The notes under the pieces were generated by a model. It was given only the letters and a program-made list of their open reading frames with translations. It did not search any database and was not told where the DNA came from. Both the position numbers and the translations under genes were made by a program. A DNA stretch of 64,000 bases, from assembly GCA_030141605.1 (NCBI GenBank), contig JAQGDQ010000016.1:498282-562281 (forward strand). Direction: 5' to 3'. Source of the DNA: Tubiluchus corallicola (Eukaryota; Animalia; Priapulida). Within the stretch, counting starts at the first letter, position 1. Each line of letters begins with the position of its first letter. Shown here piece after piece: positions 50,301 through 62,184 of this stretch.

Positions 50301-51420
50301 AGTAGACTTTTAAATTGTCAAAGTAAATGTGATATAACTAGAATATAACTAGGCCTGTGATCTTAACATGGTGTACAAATTTGTCATAAAATAGTGGGTT
50401 TAAGTTTTACTGATTTTTTTCCAGTATGCTTCAACCAATCACTTGCGTGGTCACAACTTTAAAATGTTTATGTCTTTCTCGGGATTAAATGTATCAAAAT
50501 TTTCATTTGCTAACAGAGTTGTAAACATTTGGAATGCTCTGGACTCTCATGTAGTGCTCACTACCAGTTTGCTGGTTTTCACTAAAAGATTAGCTAATGT
50601 TAACTTACTGCCCTATTGCAACTTTATCCAAAACATGTAACTTTGTCATTGGCGTAATTGGTTTGCTCCAAATCGCGTTATTGTATAAAGCGTGTTGTAT
50701 ATAGTTTATAATTCATATTTAGGTACATTTTATTACGAGCCTTTTAATGAGAGATATTCAATTCTGATTCTTTCTTTTATACAATTCTAATAAATGTATC
50801 AATGTCAAATAAATAAACAAAAGAAGAAATTGCAAAGAAATGTAAAAAATTTACCTTATAATAAAACAGAAAAAAATCACAACACAGATCTTTAGTGAAC
50901 TTCAGTACTGCCAATTCATGTATTTAAATAGAAGGCAGTCTGGCTTAAGCCTTAAAGTTGAAAATTGAACCGCAAGTAGACAGATTACTCGGTGTACTTT
51001 GTACTGTGGAAATTTGAATGACTTCAGTAGTTAACTCCAGTAGGATGGTGAAATACCTGTTATATGCTTTCATACATAACAGAAGCAAGCGACCTAAATT
51101 AACTTGTGACCTAGGTTGTCACAATTGTAAAATGTTGTGTTGTTTAACTTTGAAGTAGTTTTATTTTTTGCTAATACTATCTTATGTATTTTAAATTCTT
51201 GGTGAAATTACTGAAAGTTAAATTCAAAATTTTATTTCAATAAAGGTATTTCAAATAAACGTGTGTATGTGTGTGTAGCGGTGCCACAGCTTTAACTGCT
51301 CTACTGGATTCATTAAGAACGTGTCCACTAAATTTATTAAGCACATGCGAATACAAAATTAAATTTACCCGTTTGTGTTAATGATAAGAATATCCCTATG
51401 AAATAAAATAGGCTATTCAT
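44311..51420 (-). CDS. TM2D3: TM2 domain-containing protein 3 / almondex orthologue (230 aa, 5 coding exons)
   Basis: Exons 51420-51369 (signal peptide MNSLFYFIGIFLSLTQT), 49330-49253, 46300-46143, 45535-45376 and 44555-44311. All GT-AG and phase compatible (693 nt). Cys-rich ectodomain (CRFCYQ) and TM2 domain WSTAFALSVTLGGFGVDRFYLG...GKLFSFGGLGVWTIVDVILI...GPADGSLY. The two 5' exons are less certain than the three 3' exons. Confidence 0.9.
46694..48521 (+). mobile_element. Internally deleted Ty3/Gypsy LTR retrotransposon (Mag-like) in a TM2D3 intron
   Basis: LTRs 46694-46830 and 48387-48521 (TG...CA, highly similar), 5-bp TSD TCAAC, PBS-like TGGCGAGGAG after the 5' LTR and PPT AAGAGGGGAAA before the 3' LTR. 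Internal gag-like LLSSLGAKAYGTLRKVLAPTKPSEKTF and integrase DSYSKWLE...FARYGLPEMLVSDNGPQFTS...YHPVSNGAAE with frameshifts. Confidence 0.93.
50355..50820 (+). mobile_element. CR1-type LINE 3' fragment
   Basis: DLNMVYK...LRGHNFKM...FSFANRVVNIWNAL...VV...FTKRL is the characteristic CR1 ORF2 C-terminus. An AT-rich 3' UTR ending in AATAAATAAA follows. Confidence 0.75.
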
Positions 51421-52445
51421 TTTTTACAGTCACAGTTAATAAAACGCGGCAAGACATCTTAAAAAAGAGAAACATCTAAGCGGCAAAGTGCCGACCCAAG
51501 CCGTACAAACTATCAAATTCTGATTCTGCTTGTAAGGCGCCGAGTAAACCACTAGCCGCGGTAGGACACTTCCCATAAAACGCATGTGCTAAATTTGCGG
51601 AAAAGCAGTGCCGTACATGGGCAGCCCAAATAGGGTACTAGCGATTTCTGTCGAGAATCGAGATTTATGACATAATAAAACATAAAACTAAATTTGTTTT
51701 AGATAAAAAGTAACTTTATAATAATGATGGATAGTCCTTGACAATTAACAATATCATCATTATGATTAGCTCCATTAATATCATCATAACATTAAACTAA
51801 GTTTCCAATGCTTTAAAGAGAGAAACTATGTAGGGCACATAACTCGCTAACCCGTTTACTTAGTAGAAAACAATTATTTGTCCAAGAGAGAGTGAAAAGG
51901 ATCACCTGTCTGTGAAGCAAGACAAAATAAAAAATGATATACCTTAAGCAAATGTTTTATCAGCTGTATAATTAATTATTCAACCTGTATTGACGTTTTT
52001 TTATTATTACTGTTACATAAACAAGGAAAACGGACTTAACGACTCAATTCGCGACCTGTCTCTAGTGTCCTACTTGGCTAGCACATGTACGCCAATCGTC
52101 CTACTTCGGCTAGTCGATTACTCGGCACCCAACACAGATAAAATGATGCATGGATATCTTAGAATAGATTGCCAGTTACCGGTACATTTCAGACGTGTTT
52201 GTTAACTGGATGTTAAGGTTAGGTAAGATTCTTAAGCCATGTACACACGATACAGTAAAAAAACAGTGCAATACTCCAGCATAAAACTAGACACTGCTAT
52301 GCCAGCAGCTTGTCGGCTGTCGCTGCAATTCCGAGTCATTAAGGTGACCGCAACAAAAGGCAAAAATCGCTGACGCTCGTCAGTCCAAGTTAATTTGGTG
52401 CGAAGATTTCCCAACACGTCCCTGACGGTACTCACGGCAGGTATA
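51421..52445. promoter_or_regulatory. Candidate bidirectional promoter region between TM2D3 and FKBP8
   Basis: Divergent genes, with locally CpG-richer patches at ~51480-51665 and ~52035-52440. Candidate + strand 5'-UTR donors at 52222/52223 (AG|GTAAGA) and 52440/52441 (AG|GTATAA) could join the acceptor at 53826. Confidence 0.5.
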
Positions 52446-52829
52446 ATAGCGCTTTAAGTTTTATTTGCTTAGCTATTTATTATGGATTATTTTTATTTGT
52501 CTCTTTCGTGTTAGTAATTTTACAACAAATATGCAAAAATCTAAATAACATAACAAATAGTATTATGCCAAAACAGTAAATAAAACTAACTAAAATATAC
52601 TGAAGTCTAGATTCAATGTATTTCTCACGATGATTGGCCTAGAGTCGGTCTAATCGGGCTTTAATCTGTGGAACTGAAGAAGCGCTCACTACATTCGCAG
52701 AAAACTTGTTCCAAGCATTTACAAAACGAGCTGCAAAAAAATTTTGCTTTTTACCCATTTACTTCTGACGCTGTAGGAATTGAAGCTATAAAAATAAGAC
52801 GGTTATTACAAGACAACGATGATCAGTAG

Positions 52830-53510
52830 TTTAATTTTCAATATGGAGATGTGGGGTAAATTAACAGAAGCAAACTATTAAAAAATAGAAAGTTGGCGAA
52901 AAGAAGCTGTAAGATGCGTGGTGAAGCAAAAAATGTCTACGAGTTCTTGAGTACTAATGATGACCTGGGGTGGATATTGAGACAAATAATACATTATAAA
53001 AAATTAATGTGGTACCGAAGTGTGCTGATACCTGAGAGTAAACGAGATGCTAAAAAGGTGCTGTTCAGTATATGTGAGAAAAATGTTTCCAGAAGTTGGG
53101 GGACAGAAATTAGAGAAATTATAAGTATGTATGTAGTAGATATAAATGCTGAAAGAATATAAAGCTTACTGAAGTCACAATGGAGAAAAAAGAAATAAAA
53201 AAACAGTTAAAAGGTATCTAGAAGTAGAAGTTGTGAAAAGGTGTGATGATACAACAAAACTAAGATTTATGAAACATAGTGTCGAAAATTGGGAACAGGC
53301 AACAAATTATGCAATGAAGTGTGTTGAAAAAACTGCATATGAAATTACTGTTTGGAAACTAAACATGATCAAATTAAAGTGTAGTGATACAAATAAGTGT
53401 AAGGATGATTTGATGTGCCCACTGTGATACGATGGACCATCTGTTGAATTGTGAAGTAGCTAAAAAGTGTTTGGAAATCATGCAATGAACGAAGAAGATT
53501 TATGTTCAGT
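52830..53510 (+). mobile_element. Degenerate non-LTR retrotransposon ORF2 C-terminal fragment
   Basis: Broken frames read LIFNMEMWGKL...KKLMWYRSVL...SRSWGTEIREII...TKLRFM...DLMCPL*.TMDHLLNC, a decayed CCHC-type C-terminal motif of LINE reverse transcriptases. It lies in the presumed FKBP8 5'-UTR intron. Confidence 0.6.
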
Positions 53511-53855
53511 AAACACTAGCACATTAGTAAGAGTCAGTTAATTAAAACTACATTTTAATTAGCCTGTAATTATTATTTCGGAAGGCACAGCAAAACCAAT
53601 TAGCCGATTACGTTGTAATTAATAATAAACTCGATATCGTACGTACAAGAAATTCAAAGCCACAAGTCTCACAATGTATATAAAAATTATTATAATTAGT
53701 ATTTTGTCTGTAACAGATATGATCTATTTTCCTTGTTGTTAGCTCTATGAAAATCGCAGCAACACTCAGAGTGATTTTTTAAAACCCTTCATATTTATTC
53801 TAAAGAACTTGATGTTTTTCTTTCAGATTAGGCATCTAATTCTAATTCATCAATA

Positions 53856-56800
53856 ATGTCTGATGTAGAAATATCTACAATAGAGCAAGTGGCTAAACAA
53901 CCAGCAAAAGAAGATAATTTCAGAGATTTAGATTCACCATCAAAAGAAGGGGAAGGTGATCGTAGTGCACGTGGACTTGACGATAATATGGAAAACTTTC
54001 AGCATTCTACTGTAGGAGAAACATCAGAACAAGAAGATAACAACGGAGACACTGCAACATATATTGATAGTAACAGGAGTGAAGAAACTGAAGATGAAAC
54101 AGTAAGCGGACAGGACAATAAGTCTATCCATCCCAATGAAGGAGACGCAGATGAGCTGACAGGTAACAGAAGTGTATGAGTTATGATGTTATTTGGTCAA
54201 ATGATTCATTTTAACTATCAAAGCGTAATTATCCCGACAATGCTTGTATTAGCCTTTATTTAGTCATGCAAAAATGCATCGTTAATAACAATGGTTAGTT
54301 GTGGTATTTTGAATTGCTATTGTTTATATTTTACACTTGCCTAAGTATGTTTTCAAAGAAGATCCGGCATGCTGCTCATGTAAGCATTTTTAACATTTCA
54401 TAATATTGAGCTTAAAGTACAAGGAAACCCTCCACTTACATAAAGCTTAAAAATTTGCCTTGAAATTTTGTATCACTTATGTACTGCCTCTTTGCATGTA
54501 TTGCTTGTGTCGGCAGCAACGCTATATAAAACATGTAAATTTACACTCCTGTGATGACCATTAGATGCTGCCATTTTGAGAATAAGTCATTTGAATCAAT
54601 TTAGATAACACTGAGTAGAGTTTGAAAAAATAATCAGAGCTTTCATAGTGCACACTTCACTAACTAGGTAAAGTTTTAAATTACTGCATCTTGTCAATAA
54701 GATTAAAAATATGTTTTTTGCTTAGTGAGTGATGCACCCTAGAGGTGAGTCAATGACATTTTACCAATTGATGAAAACATTTTAAATAATTAATAATTTT
54801 CTTTTCTAATTAGCTAAGTCTTTCAAGCAGGTAAGCGAAATGCTAAGTAATATAATTTTGCATGGAAAGTTTTTTGGGACATAGTTTAATATTTCCTTTT
54901 CTTCCCCTGTTCCCCTTTACGATGTGCATATATGACCTAACGTAATGGCGCGGTCGGAAAAGTATCGTGGGAGATTTAAAATGAAAACAAATAAAAAATC
55001 CTTTTAATGCTAGTACGTTATATGCATAAAATTGCTATAAAGTAATATAATTTTTAAGGAGATTTTTCTGAAGCCTACTTCAGGTATCCCTTTTCTTATC
55101 CTTTAACATTCAGATAGTTCTATATTTTATAAACTAATTGTAACTATAACTGATTGCATTTAGCTAAACATTCACGCCCATGTTTAACGAGATCTTGATT
55201 GTTTGATACAGGCAATCAGTCACAATACACTGAGAGACTTGCTTCGGGTAGTACAGATAATACTGAGATTCCGGCTCATTTCTTTTCAGTTACCCAAATC
55301 AGCTATGTGTTTATCTAGAAAGATAGGGATTATTTTACAGTAATTGATAGACTAGTATTGCAATTTTTAATTGAACACTTAGATAATTTAAGCTCGAAAG
55401 AAATCAGTTCTCATGAAGAACGTGAAGCAAGTGAGAAAGAAGATGGTGAGAAATCAGACAGCTGGGTTGATGTGCTGGGCAGTGGTGATTTACTAAAAAA
55501 GGTAAAATTTTGTTTTTACTGGGACAGTGTTTGGTATGTACAGGAAATATGTGAATGATTCTGTTTAATTCACAAGTAGGATGAATGAAATTTTAGGCTT
55601 TTGCAATAATATAGCAATGAAACAAGTGGAGATTTAAAAAACAATACACAAAAACCAACAACATCAAAAAATTATAGCAGTATATTAAATAAAGTAGCTG
55701 ATAACAATTAAAATTAGAATGTTTTTTATTGACACTGCTAATGGGAAAATGTCATAAATTGATCTAAATCATAAGAGATATGTAGTCAGGTGAATTAAAA
55801 ATAGGCATATACAGTCAGTCATAGATGTAAAAGCGGCAACAGGACATTTGGGTGCAGAGTTAGAGTGCAGAAAATTGGGCTAGACCGTTACGGCACCTGA
55901 CATTTGGGTGCGAGACATGTGGGGACCAGCACCGACATACCAGCTACGTCCAATGTGACTCGATCACACAAATATACATTTTTCTGTTTGTGGTACAAAC
56001 CTACAAATCATGCCTAGCAGCTAAATTTATTGTGGGAATCCTCTTCTACTGCTTAATTACCATGTAACTTTTAAAATATCTAAAGTTTCTTTAGGAAAAG
56101 AAAAGAGTATGAAAGTTTAATACAGGAAATAACTACATTATTATATAGTATAACTCGCTTGGCTCATGTATAATCATTGGTGCAAAACGCATAATATTGA
56201 CATGCATTATATTTGGTAAGAGATACTGCAAAAATGCTTACAATTATTGTTGATCTTGGTATTGATAGGTACTTGAGAATTGCTTTGTCTCTTTCAATAG
56301 ACAATTATTGCTAGCGAGAGAGATCGTCCAAGTCGTGGAGATACAGTTACCATAAAGTACAGAAGCAATTTGGAAAGTGGCATACTTGTAGACAATGTTG
56401 AGTCTGAAACATTTATTCTTGGTGATGGAGATGTAATTCATGGTGAGTTTGTATTAAAATATTGACATGCATTGCTACCATGAGTGATTAAGATGTTAGG
56501 TTCGAATTGTTTATAGCATGAGTTATACTGGTACAACAAATTTTTACTGGTTATATCTAACTTTGAGAAATCTCCGAAAAAAGAAAGGCAGGGGCTGCTA
56601 TGCACAAACACGAATGTAGTCACCCTATTAGTCACTATATTCCACTGGTATTTCAAATTTTGGAGTTGGTGTTATTCAAAATACACAGTGGCTGCAAACC
56701 TCAAATGCTAGAGAGACTGTTGTCTGGGTAAGTAAAATATAAAGAGGATGTTAGGTTTGTCAATTGCGAAACTAGAATATTTTGTACAGCTTTAATGTTA

Positions 56801-59800
56801 TGTTAAAATGGTTCCCTCTAAAATAAAATAATTTTAACTGTGTATGTATGTATGTGTTGAAATGTATGATGACCTAGGTAAATACTAGCTTGTTTATGTT
56901 GCCTGATTAGACTTTTCTAGAACTGGAAAGAAGGCACTGTTCATTCACTCAATGCTTACGTATCATTTCCAGCTTTTGATCTTGCCGTATCACTAATGAA
57001 TGTTGAGGAAACAGCAGAACTAAAAGTAGCAGCACGTTTTGCATACGGCGATAAGGGCAGGTAATTTTTAAATGATTTATTTTCCTTTGCGTAGTTTTGT
57101 TGTTTTTGTTGCTTTAGGTATAATCGTATTGCATGATTTTTTTGTACGATTCATCAATGCTTTGGCAGGAGCTTAAGCCACTCATGTTTTGATTTAAAAA
57201 AAAACCAGCTGTCGTAGTTTTTTTTTAATGCTGCATTTGCACTCCTGTGATTTTAATTATTCATCATTTCATATTTCTTATGTAAATATTTACAGTTTTC
57301 TATTTGTGATTTAGAGTACCTGACATTCCACCAAAAGCTAATCTTTGTTATGAAGTTTCTTTACTAAGTGCCGAAGCTGCAAAAGATGATGCAGAACTGA
57401 CGGTTTCTGAAAGAATACACATAGGGTAAGTCATAGAATTTTCATTTTTTCTGTTATTTTTCCATTAATTTGCTTTACTAAATTAATAAGTAACTAAAAA
57501 GTATGAAAAAGCAAGAAACTTTGGAAAGAATTTACCATTCCTCACACAGTTTAAATACCCCAATCCTAATCCTAACCCCAACCCTGATCCTAATCTTAAT
57601 CCTAACTCTAATCCGCTTCACGAACTAATTTATTGTGTGTGGGAATTGTAAATTTTAGCTGAAACTTTATTTAATCAAGATGAACTAGAATAGTTCAGCC
57701 AGCATCCTGATGCAGAAATAAGAATATAATTTCCAAACATATAAGCAAACATGAATTTAGACATTGTCAGATGCTGGATGCTCTGTTCTACTTTATATAT
57801 TAGTTTTTCCTCGGGCTGACTAACCAGGTGTATTATGTGTGTTCCATCTGAGCGTGCAACAAATAAGTTACTGTACTCCTGGACGGCCTTTTAATGAAAT
57901 TAGTTGCCAAACGTAATTTGATGGAAATGCTGAATTTCAAGAAAACAGTTAAGCATATTGAGTTGCATTTGGCGTGGCTTCATAAATTGCTAAAAGTTCC
58001 ATACTTGCAGTGTTTTAATTAATAGTGTTTTCATTACTATTGTGTTTCAGCAATAAAAAGAGAGAACGTGGCAATTATCTCTATTCTAGGGAAGATTATT
58101 CTGATGCACTTAATTCCTACAACAAGTAAGTAATGATACTCCCTTAGATGCACCCAGTGCTATAGTGACAAATTTGCAAGTATACTGTCTAAAGTCTCAA
58201 GTAGTGGGGGGCAAAAGGAAGCAATGTCGCCCACTCCTGATGTTGTTGACTGAATGTATTAATAGGCCTATACAATGTATCTAGAAATGGATTTTTGTGT
58301 CTAATCACTATCTGGGAAACTTGGCTTTATTAGACTGGGAAAATTTCGGGAAATAAACATTACATTCTTAAAATTTTAGTGACGTCAGTGAAATACTTGT
58401 ATAATATGTTCCTATAAACTTCTTAAACTGGGCAAGAAAAATATTAATATGTTTTCATAATATAGTGCGCAGACTTGCTTTTACATTTTTTGTTGCTATG
58501 CATTTGTTTCATCAATGAAATAAGTTCAAATAACATTCACACAAGAACATGTATTAATGTAGACTTACTCATCAAAATTTTCTAATAAAATCCACAGGCC
58601 TTTTTCATTCCATTAGAATGCGTTACAATAATAACATAAATATATGAAATCATATCAGGATTAAAAACCAAGGAAAACATGTTCAAAACATCATCATTCA
58701 GCCTCTAACAGATCACCGAGAAGAAGTGCCATGGCTTCAAGGCGCACATGCTAACACCTCAAATAACTGTCATTTGAGTATATGGGCATATACTGTTAAC
58801 AGAAGTGAATGTACGCAATGTATATGCCCGTATACCTACTACTGCATCACTGAATACACCAATGAACTGTTGATATTTTATTCTTTTTAGTTTGTATTGT
58901 AACTAAAAATGTACTTAGTGCACAAACATATACCAGAACTTGCATTTTTCGAATTTGTATTTTTTCAACATTTTTAATAATAGAAGTGTAACAAGGCACT
59001 AGCACGACACGTGCAATAAATACATGTGAGTTTATTTCAAATATTAAATACAAAGCTTTGTAATGCTTATTTAATAAAGTATCAAAACAAACCAATTTTA
59101 GTACTCGTTGGAAATAATTCTTCTATCTTCTTTCTTTAACAGGGGTGTCAAATATTTAGACGATTCCAAATACTCACACAAAGAGGAACCGCCGGAGTTG
59201 CTGCAAGAGCTTGTTGACTTGCGAGTGAAGTGTTACAATAACTTAGCTGCAGCACAACTCAAAGTAGGTGTTTCGCTTTCGAATTCTGTTGTAACCAGCA
59301 GACTTGTATTTTAAAATGTATTTCGTTTTGTCATAAATAGACAAACCTAAAACAGTGATACGTTTATTATAATTTAAAATTACTCCTTTAATCTAAACAA
59401 AGTTTAAGATTGCCTTTATTGAACGAGGTAACACGTGGACACCAAAAAGTAAGCCTTTCTTAAAAATGCCACAGAACCGAGAATTTTTATCCAGTTTGCA
59501 TGTGTATTCAAATAGAAAGATATTAAGCTTACCATTTTTGCTAAGAATTTTTTTTCATTCATTATATTCATTTACTCATATATTTTATTTTTCTCTCATG
59601 TATCCCAATAACATCAGTTTTCCTTAGTAATTCCTTGACCATTTCTTATCAGGAAACTCCCTTATCAGTTTTTTTGTGCCGTATCCTTCATGAAGCCTTT
59701 ATTGTTCAATAATTATTTTGTTTTCTTCCCTAAAATTTAAAAATTAAAAAAATAAAATGTGAGTAAATGAATACAGTTAATGAAATAAAATTAACGCATC

Positions 59801-62184
59801 CATAAAGACAGCCATAAAAATTTTTAGTTTTTTTTCTATTTTTGTGACTTTCTAAAAAAGGGGCTTACTTTTTGTGTCCACTATAAAATTCCAAAAATGG
59901 CTAAGAACATCACTGCTGGTTCATCCCTTCTTAAGCAGTTATCCTTAGTAATGAGTTGGTTCTAGTCCATCAACAACCATTCAGCATTATTAGTAAGTAA
60001 GCCTTGCCAATAAGTCTAGTTTCCAGCTTGCAACTTGCAATGACAGCAATAGTGGCTGCAATATTAGTATTAGCATCATGCAGGTTGCAAAGCATTAAAA
60101 ATGCTTCAAATGGAATCGCATCAAATTTTTCGTACAAACTTTTTTATGCACCAAGAGCTGAAGCATATCACAGTCATAGTCTAAAATTTTTCATATGATT
60201 TTTTTCAAGCATTTTTGCAGCAAATGCCTCACTGATTAATCCAATAGATATTCTTTAGTCACTGATTCATCTTTTTTAAAACCAGTATTATTTTTAATGG
60301 ATTGGGAAAGCAAAGGTTTATTTATGGAGAAGAACTGTTCTAATAAAAAGCAATACATTTAATTTTTGACTGCCTGTGCTAGGGTGTGGAAACATCCTAA
60401 GTGCCCTTATTAGTTGTATCTGTTTGCTTTTAAGCCATATGTCCTCCTTTTATGTCTAATGTTAGTTTAGTGTTTGTTAGGTGTTAGTTTAAGCTAGTAC
60501 TGTTTGATCTTTCATTGACTAATTGCATTAATTGTTATATTAATGATATATAGTGTTACATGGATGATACATAAAGCAAAACTGCTACCATCTGCTGCTT
60601 TCGTGTTACAGATTGAAGCATTCGATGCTGCTATCAAATCCTGTGATGAGGTACTTGCGGTCCAGCCGGAGAATGTGAAGGCTCTATTTCGTAAGGGCAA
60701 GGTAATAGAAAATAGAAAATGATTTACTTATTCTTATTCTAAAACTTCGGTATTAACAGTTATTCTATTATGGATATGCATGTGGTTTTGGTTACAAACC
60801 TTATGCTAGTTTATCCGTCAGGACATACAGCTTTTGCAGTCATAATAACTGATATTAATTAACCAATTTGTTAATCGATTCTGCATTGTCTCTGGGAACA
60901 ACATTTGTCTTGCATTTTGCCGGAACTCCCTCTCCAGACTAAATCTTCATGGTTGGATTTATAGCGCACCCAGTCTTTTATCAGCCTTTCTGGCAACAGT
61001 GTGTATCAAAACCAACGGCAAACAAAAAGTGATAATTCGAAATGTTTTGATTCTCGTATGAATCAAAAAGTGTGTGTAAGTATCGATGGCGTTAAGCTCT
61101 TAGTTGGCAAGACTTAGTGTCCTCCCTTTTTGTCCATCCAGAACAGATAATTCTTAAAACATTTGTCCTTTTTAAACATGTGTTACTCAGAATGTTTATT
61201 TTGCATAACACCTACTTGTTTTTCTTAGCATAATTTTCATAGCATTGATACCACATGTTATTTAAATGCTGTGTTTATTTAAGTTTTTAAAATAAACTGG
61301 CATTTCAATTGTTAACAGGCTAAAAAACATAATAAACTGTTTATTCCTTACTTGTGCTCCCTTATATTATTTTGTACCATTTCTGACAAAATTTTGTAAA
61401 CAAAGTCTAACTTCATGATTAATCGCACTGATTGTGCTTTGATACTAAATGAGTTTCCTTACAGATCACTTTTTCATTGTGTATTTAAATATTAAGATAA
61501 ATTATCTTCTGCAGGTGCTTGGTCTAAAAGGTGAAACAGAGAGTGGAATTTCAGTATTAAGGAAAGCACTAAAGATTGACCCTGAAGTTAAAGTAAGAGC
61601 CTACAATTTTCTAAATGTTTTTCATTTTAGCATTTGGAGTCTTGCATAGCCTTAGCGATACTTTGGAATTCCTTGAAGATTTTGAATTTGAAGTATGCGA
61701 AATATGTCATTTTTCACTTGCTCTCATTTTATTATTCTTGACTCTTATAACAAAGAATTAATGTGAATTACGTTTATATTGTAGATAATACATCAAGAAT
61801 TGTCAAGGTTAGTGAGTAAAAAGAAAAGAGAGGATGACGCAGCTAAGAGGATGTACAGAAGGATGTTTGAACCAATGTCTGGCAGTGGGTCTGGCAACAG
61901 GAGCTCTTTTAAGGTAGGTTCATCTCATTTATAATGCCAGCTAAAATAGTAAACACAGCACTGTGAGCCAACTTAACAAACTTAATATTAATAAATAGAT
62001 GTATTCTGTAACCAAGTTTTTTAATAGTTCTTAGTACTTTAACAGAAAGTCATGTAAGAATTATTTTATCTTCTGAGACTAAAGTCAATTTGCATTTTAG
62101 TGGACTGGTGTGGCTATGGCAGTTGGAGCAATCACTGCTGCTGTTGTTAGTGTGATTACCTATAAATATTTTCACCTGTCATAG
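53856..62184 (+). CDS. FKBP8: Peptidyl-prolyl isomerase FKBP8/FKBP38 (447 aa, 11 coding exons)
   Basis: Exons 53856-54162, 55383-55501, 56301-56442, 56973-57060, 57315-57425, 58051-58125, 59143-59263, 60612-60701, 61515-61592, 61785-61913 and 62101-62184. All GT-AG and phase compatible (1344 nt). Acidic N-terminus, FKBP domain ([13 protein letters not shown]...[16 protein letters not shown]...[15 protein letters not shown]), TPR repeats ([28 protein letters not shown]), KRMYRRMF calmodulin-site-like segment and a C-terminal transmembrane anchor. Confidence 0.95.
57521..57662. mobile_element. Short dispersed repeat with internal telomere-like tract, copy 2
   Basis: Homologous to 42558-42730. 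Ends AATTTACCATTCCTCACACA and TGTGTGGGAATTGTAAATT are imperfect inverted repeats. Confidence 0.8.
59432..59883. mobile_element. Tc1-like MITE in an FKBP8 intron
   Basis: Terminal inverted pair GTGGACACCAAAAAGTAAGCC / GGCTTACTTTTTGTGTCCAC plus inner inverted pair TATTCATTTACTCA / TGAGTAAATGAATA. Confidence 0.7.
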
